Source of the DNA: Candidatus Poribacteria bacterium | Lineage (GTDB): Bacteria > Poribacteria > WGA-4E > PCPOR2b | DNA length: 64,000 nt | Direction of reading: 5' to 3' | NCBI GenBank assembly: GCA_965218095.1 | Contig: OZ244587.1 | Location: 1,472,001 to 1,536,000, forward strand | Shown: positions 61,050 to 64,000 of the stretch, piece after piece | Layout of the letters: each line of letters starts with the position of its first letter | How positions within the stretch are numbered: the first letter of the stretch is position 1 | The notes under the pieces: model-generated | Told to the model about the DNA's origin: nothing | Databases searched by the model: none | The model's input: the letters and a program-made list of their open reading frames with translations, nothing else | Translations under genes and position numbers: made by a program

Positions 61050-61703
61050 ATGTGTCCACTTTGCTTCTCTGAACATCTTCATCAACTTGCCGCCGTTGAC
61101 ACCAAGACCTACTGGCGTTGCGACGTATGCTGCCTAACGTTTCTTTCGCCAGAACATCACCTTTCTCCAGAAGCTGAACTCGCCCAGTATCAGTTGCACG
61201 AAAACAACCCTGAAGATGCCCACTACCGCAAATTTCTCAGCCGACTGACCGACTATCTTGTACCCAAGCTCTTTCCGGGCGCAGAAGGTCTCGATTACGG
61301 CGCTGGTCCCGGACCGACACTCTCAGTGATGCTCGAAGAACAGGGGTTTCCCATGAGCATTTATGATCCCTTTTTTGCCCCGAACACAGACGTGCTTGAG
61401 CGGATGTATGATTTTATCACATGCACGGAAACCGTCGAGCACTTCTATCAGCCAGCCAAAGAATTTCAACGGCTGGATCACCTGCTCCGGCGCGGTGGGT
61501 GGTTGGGCAGCATGACGGAGATACTGGAATCGGACGAGGGTTTTCCCGGGTGGTATCATCGCGAGCCCACGCATGTGTGCTTCTATAAGCGAGAAACGAT
61601 GGCGTGGATCGCCGAGCGATATGCCTGGGAGGTCGAGTATCCGCGGAAGAACGTTACACTGTTTCACAAGCCTGAACAACATCTCAAACAAGGAGGAGAA
61701 TAA
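61050..61703 (+). CDS. Class I SAM-dependent methyltransferase with N-terminal Cys motif
   Basis: CPLC..C..C, LDYGAGPG, YDPFF, ETVEH and PTHVCFY motifs. Confidence 0.88.
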   Translation: MCPLCFSEHLHQLAAVDTKTYWRCDVCCLTFLSPEHHLSPEAELAQYQLHENNPEDAHYRKFLSRLTDYLVPKLFPGAEGLDYGAGPGPTLSVMLEEQGFPMSIYDPFFAPNTDVLERMYDFITCTETVEHFYQPAKEFQRLDHLLRRGGWLGSMTEILESDEGFPGWYHREPTHVCFYKRETMAWIAERYAWEVEYPRKNVTLFHKPEQHLKQGGE

Positions 61704-61704
61704 T

Positions 61705-62472
61705 ATGGCACGAATTAAACAATCCGCAACAGGATGGAGTTTCATTCGAGAGGACTTTACCCCCGAAGAGTTTATCAGGGGCGCAGCCAAAATCGGCTTA
61801 TCGGCAGTCGAACTGATTGATCAAAAGTATTGGCCGCTTGCGCAGGAATTGGGACTCAAGATTGCGACCTTTGGTGGACACGACACGCTGACCGATGGAC
61901 TCAACAAGCGCGAAAACCACGACCGTATCGAAAATGAACTTCTCGCAAGCATTGAACTTGCCATCGCTAATGACATCCCCGGCGTGATCGTCTTCTCCGG
62001 CAATCGTTATGAAGGCGTGTCCGATGAAGAAGGAATTGACATCACGGCGGAAGGGTTGAACCGAGTGACGAAAGCCGCAGAGGAGAAAGGAATTAATCTC
62101 TGCCTGGAGTTGCTCAACAGCAAGGTCGATCACCCCGATTATCAGTGTGATCACACCGCATGGGGAGTGGAGGTGTGTAAGCGCGTGAATTCGCCGCGTG
62201 TGAAACTGCTCTACGACATCTACCACATGCAAATTATGGAAGGCGACATCATCCGAACAATCCAGGAGAATATTGAATATATCGCACACTTTCACACCGG
62301 GGGCAATCCCGGTCGCCACGAGCTAGATGTAACGCAGGAGATCCTTTATCCACCTGTAATGCGAGCCATCGTGGAAACGGGCTACGAACTCTATGTTGGA
62401 CACGAATTTATCCCGAAAGGTGATCCGATTGAAGGGCTGCGAGCAGCGTTTCATCTGTGCGATGTTAGGTGA
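61705..62472 (+). CDS. Hydroxypyruvate isomerase family TIM barrel
   Basis: LELLNSKVDH, LLYDIYHMQIMEGD, PGRHE and GHEFIP motifs. Confidence 0.9.
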   Translation: MARIKQSATGWSFIREDFTPEEFIRGAAKIGLSAVELIDQKYWPLAQELGLKIATFGGHDTLTDGLNKRENHDRIENELLASIELAIANDIPGVIVFSGNRYEGVSDEEGIDITAEGLNRVTKAAEEKGINLCLELLNSKVDHPDYQCDHTAWGVEVCKRVNSPRVKLLYDIYHMQIMEGDIIRTIQENIEYIAHFHTGGNPGRHELDVTQEILYPPVMRAIVETGYELYVGHEFIPKGDPIEGLRAAFHLCDVR

Positions 62473-62535
62473 ATCAGCAGACCTGTGAATCTACGCATTA
62501 CGTTTCACGTTTTACGCATAGGAAATGTTTTCAAG

Positions 62536-63123
62536 ATGGCATATCCAAAGTTACTAACGGCTATGAACCTCGTCTACTACTGCATGATTTTCCTTACGCT
62601 TTGTATCTTCGGCTGCGGAAACGGCGATGATGATTCCTTTGAATCAAAGCTTGATCCGGATTGGCAAATTCAGAGCAGCGCATTCGTAGAAGGAGGAGAG
62701 ATACCCCAGCGCTTTTCTTGCGAAGGTGAGGACATTTCACCGGCGCTTTCCTGGGCAGACTCACCTGCGCGGACCCAAAGCCTAGCGCTGCTGATGGACG
62801 ATCTCAACGCGGGCAATTTTACGCATTGGATTTTGTATAATCTTTCAACGGAGCTTCGCAAGCTCGACGAGAATATCCGGCAAGGACCAGCAGTCGATGA
62901 ACTTAACAGGGCGAATCAGGGCAAGACAGACTTTAGTCGTGACGAAGTCGGTTATGGTGGACCTTGCCCGCCGAGTGGTTCAAGGCACCGGTATCGCTTT
63001 CGCCTGTTTGCCCTTGATGCCAAACCCAATCTTCCGCCTGAGGCATCACGCACCGATTTTTTGGATGCCATCAACGACCACATTATCGCTTTTGCACAAC
63101 TGACGGGGGTATTTAGCCGATGA
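62536..63123 (+). CDS. YbhB/YbcL (PEBP) family putative lipoprotein
   Basis: SP.LSW, FTHW, YGGPCPP and HRY.F..FALD motifs; lipobox IFGC; start uncertain. Confidence 0.85.
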   Translation: MAYPKLLTAMNLVYYCMIFLTLCIFGCGNGDDDSFESKLDPDWQIQSSAFVEGGEIPQRFSCEGEDISPALSWADSPARTQSLALLMDDLNAGNFTHWILYNLSTELRKLDENIRQGPAVDELNRANQGKTDFSRDEVGYGGPCPPSGSRHRYRFRLFALDAKPNLPPEASRTDFLDAINDHIIAFAQLTGVFSR

Positions 63124-63167
63124 TGGACTTTAACCTTTGAACGGTTTTGAACTTTTCAAAGGTTGGT

Positions 63168-64000
63168 TCACTGGAAATTCGGGAAGGTCAACGGCATATC
63201 AGTAAACACCTTTTCATCAATCGTCAAAACTCCCTCAACAATTGGTTTGAACCCCATCGCATTAAGGAGATCGCGCTCAATGTCGATCCCCGGTGCAACT
63301 TCCTTCAATACGATGCCCCGATCGATCAGTTGGAAAACAGCACGCTCAGTGACATATAGAACTTCCTGTCCCGTCTCACGAGCATATCTGCCGCTAAACG
63401 TAATCTGCTCAACCTGATTGACAAACTTCGAGGCAACGCCTTCCTTAACAACCCTAACCTGCCTATCTCGGATCTCGACCTCCGCCTTCACAGAAAGCGT
63501 ACCGCAGAAAACCACCTTCTTCGCGTTCTGCGAAATGTCGATGAAACCACCGCAGCCGGGGAGACGGTCCCCGAACTTGCTGACATTCACATTACCGTGC
63601 CGGTCCACCTGGGCATGCGACAGAAACGCAATGTCAATTCCCCCGCCCTGATACGAATCAAACTGGTACGGCTGATCCAAGATCGCCATCGGATAGTACA
63701 TCGCCCCGGAATCCAGCCTGCCCGCAGGGATACCGCCCAAACTTCCTTGCTCAATACTTAGGGTAATCTGATCTTTGATTCCGCTCTCCTCGGCGATCAT
63801 TCCAACCCCAAAGGGCATGCCAAACCCCAGATTCACAACGGAATCTGGATGTAATTCCTGTGCTGCCCGCTTGACAATGACTTTGCGCTCATCAAACGGA
63901 AGCGTGCCCATACTAAGGTCGCCTCCGCGGGCATCTCCGCACAGCGCCGGATCATAATCGATCTGATAAGTCTGCTTCTGATTCGGATCAAGGACAAGAG
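63168..64000 (-). CDS. Acyl-CoA:acetate/propionate CoA-transferase (YdiF/Pct type), 5' end outside the window
   Basis: VNLGFGMP, EQG, GNVNVSKFG and GCGGFIDIS motifs; frame stays open to the window edge. Confidence 0.9.
   Translation of the reverse strand, partial: LVLDPNQKQTYQIDYDPALCGDARGGDLSMGTLPFDERKVIVKRAAQELHPDSVVNLGFGMPFGVGMIAEESGIKDQITLSIEQGSLGGIPAGRLDSGAMYYPMAILDQPYQFDSYQGGGIDIAFLSHAQVDRHGNVNVSKFGDRLPGCGGFIDISQNAKKVVFCGTLSVKAEVEIRDRQVRVVKEGVASKFVNQVEQITFSGRYARETGQEVLYVTERAVFQLIDRGIVLKEVAPGIDIERDLLNAMGFKPIVEGVLTIDEKVFTDMPLTFPNFQ

Overview
Bacterial genomic window of about 50% GC, probably Candidatus Poribacteria. This is inferred from a remnant protein carrying the lineage-typical C-terminal 'PNP..TWIP..RAAYWD.RN' domain. 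No rRNA, tRNA or CRISPR array was seen. Contents from left to right: a REP-rich spacer; a restriction-modification (RM) locus (nuclease-methyltransferase, two-TRD specificity subunit, HEPN protein); pduO, a broken SDR and an enolase-family gene; a DtxR/MntR-controlled multicopper oxidase-ZIP-cupredoxin operon with copD; batCDE, gatB and envC; a Fur-box iron locus (TonB receptor, ceruloplasmin-like two-domain MCO, broken IsdG-like gene, fbpABC); nested IS701/IS5 elements; hemE-hemH-hemY and a pentaheme cytochrome; catabolic genes; a second IS5 and IS701 plus a 121-bp IS701-type MITE at an orphan vapC; three poorly characterised genes; a xanthine dehydrogenase-family MSL operon; and small enzymes. 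The strongest candidate for an undescribed system is the RM locus. The specificity frame has no start codon for its conserved N-terminus and is reached through a classic -1 frameshift cassette (U_UUU_UUC, 6-nt spacer, 9-bp GC stem). This predicts two products from one gene: RM (601 aa) and an RM-S fusion (about 1,080 aa). Other notable signals are heptamer repeats translated as signal-peptide N-termini, an IS5 transposase fused in frame by a 16-bp duplication, a Cys-rich ferrochelatase insert and many pseudogenes. All calls come from reading the sequence; no database searches were run.
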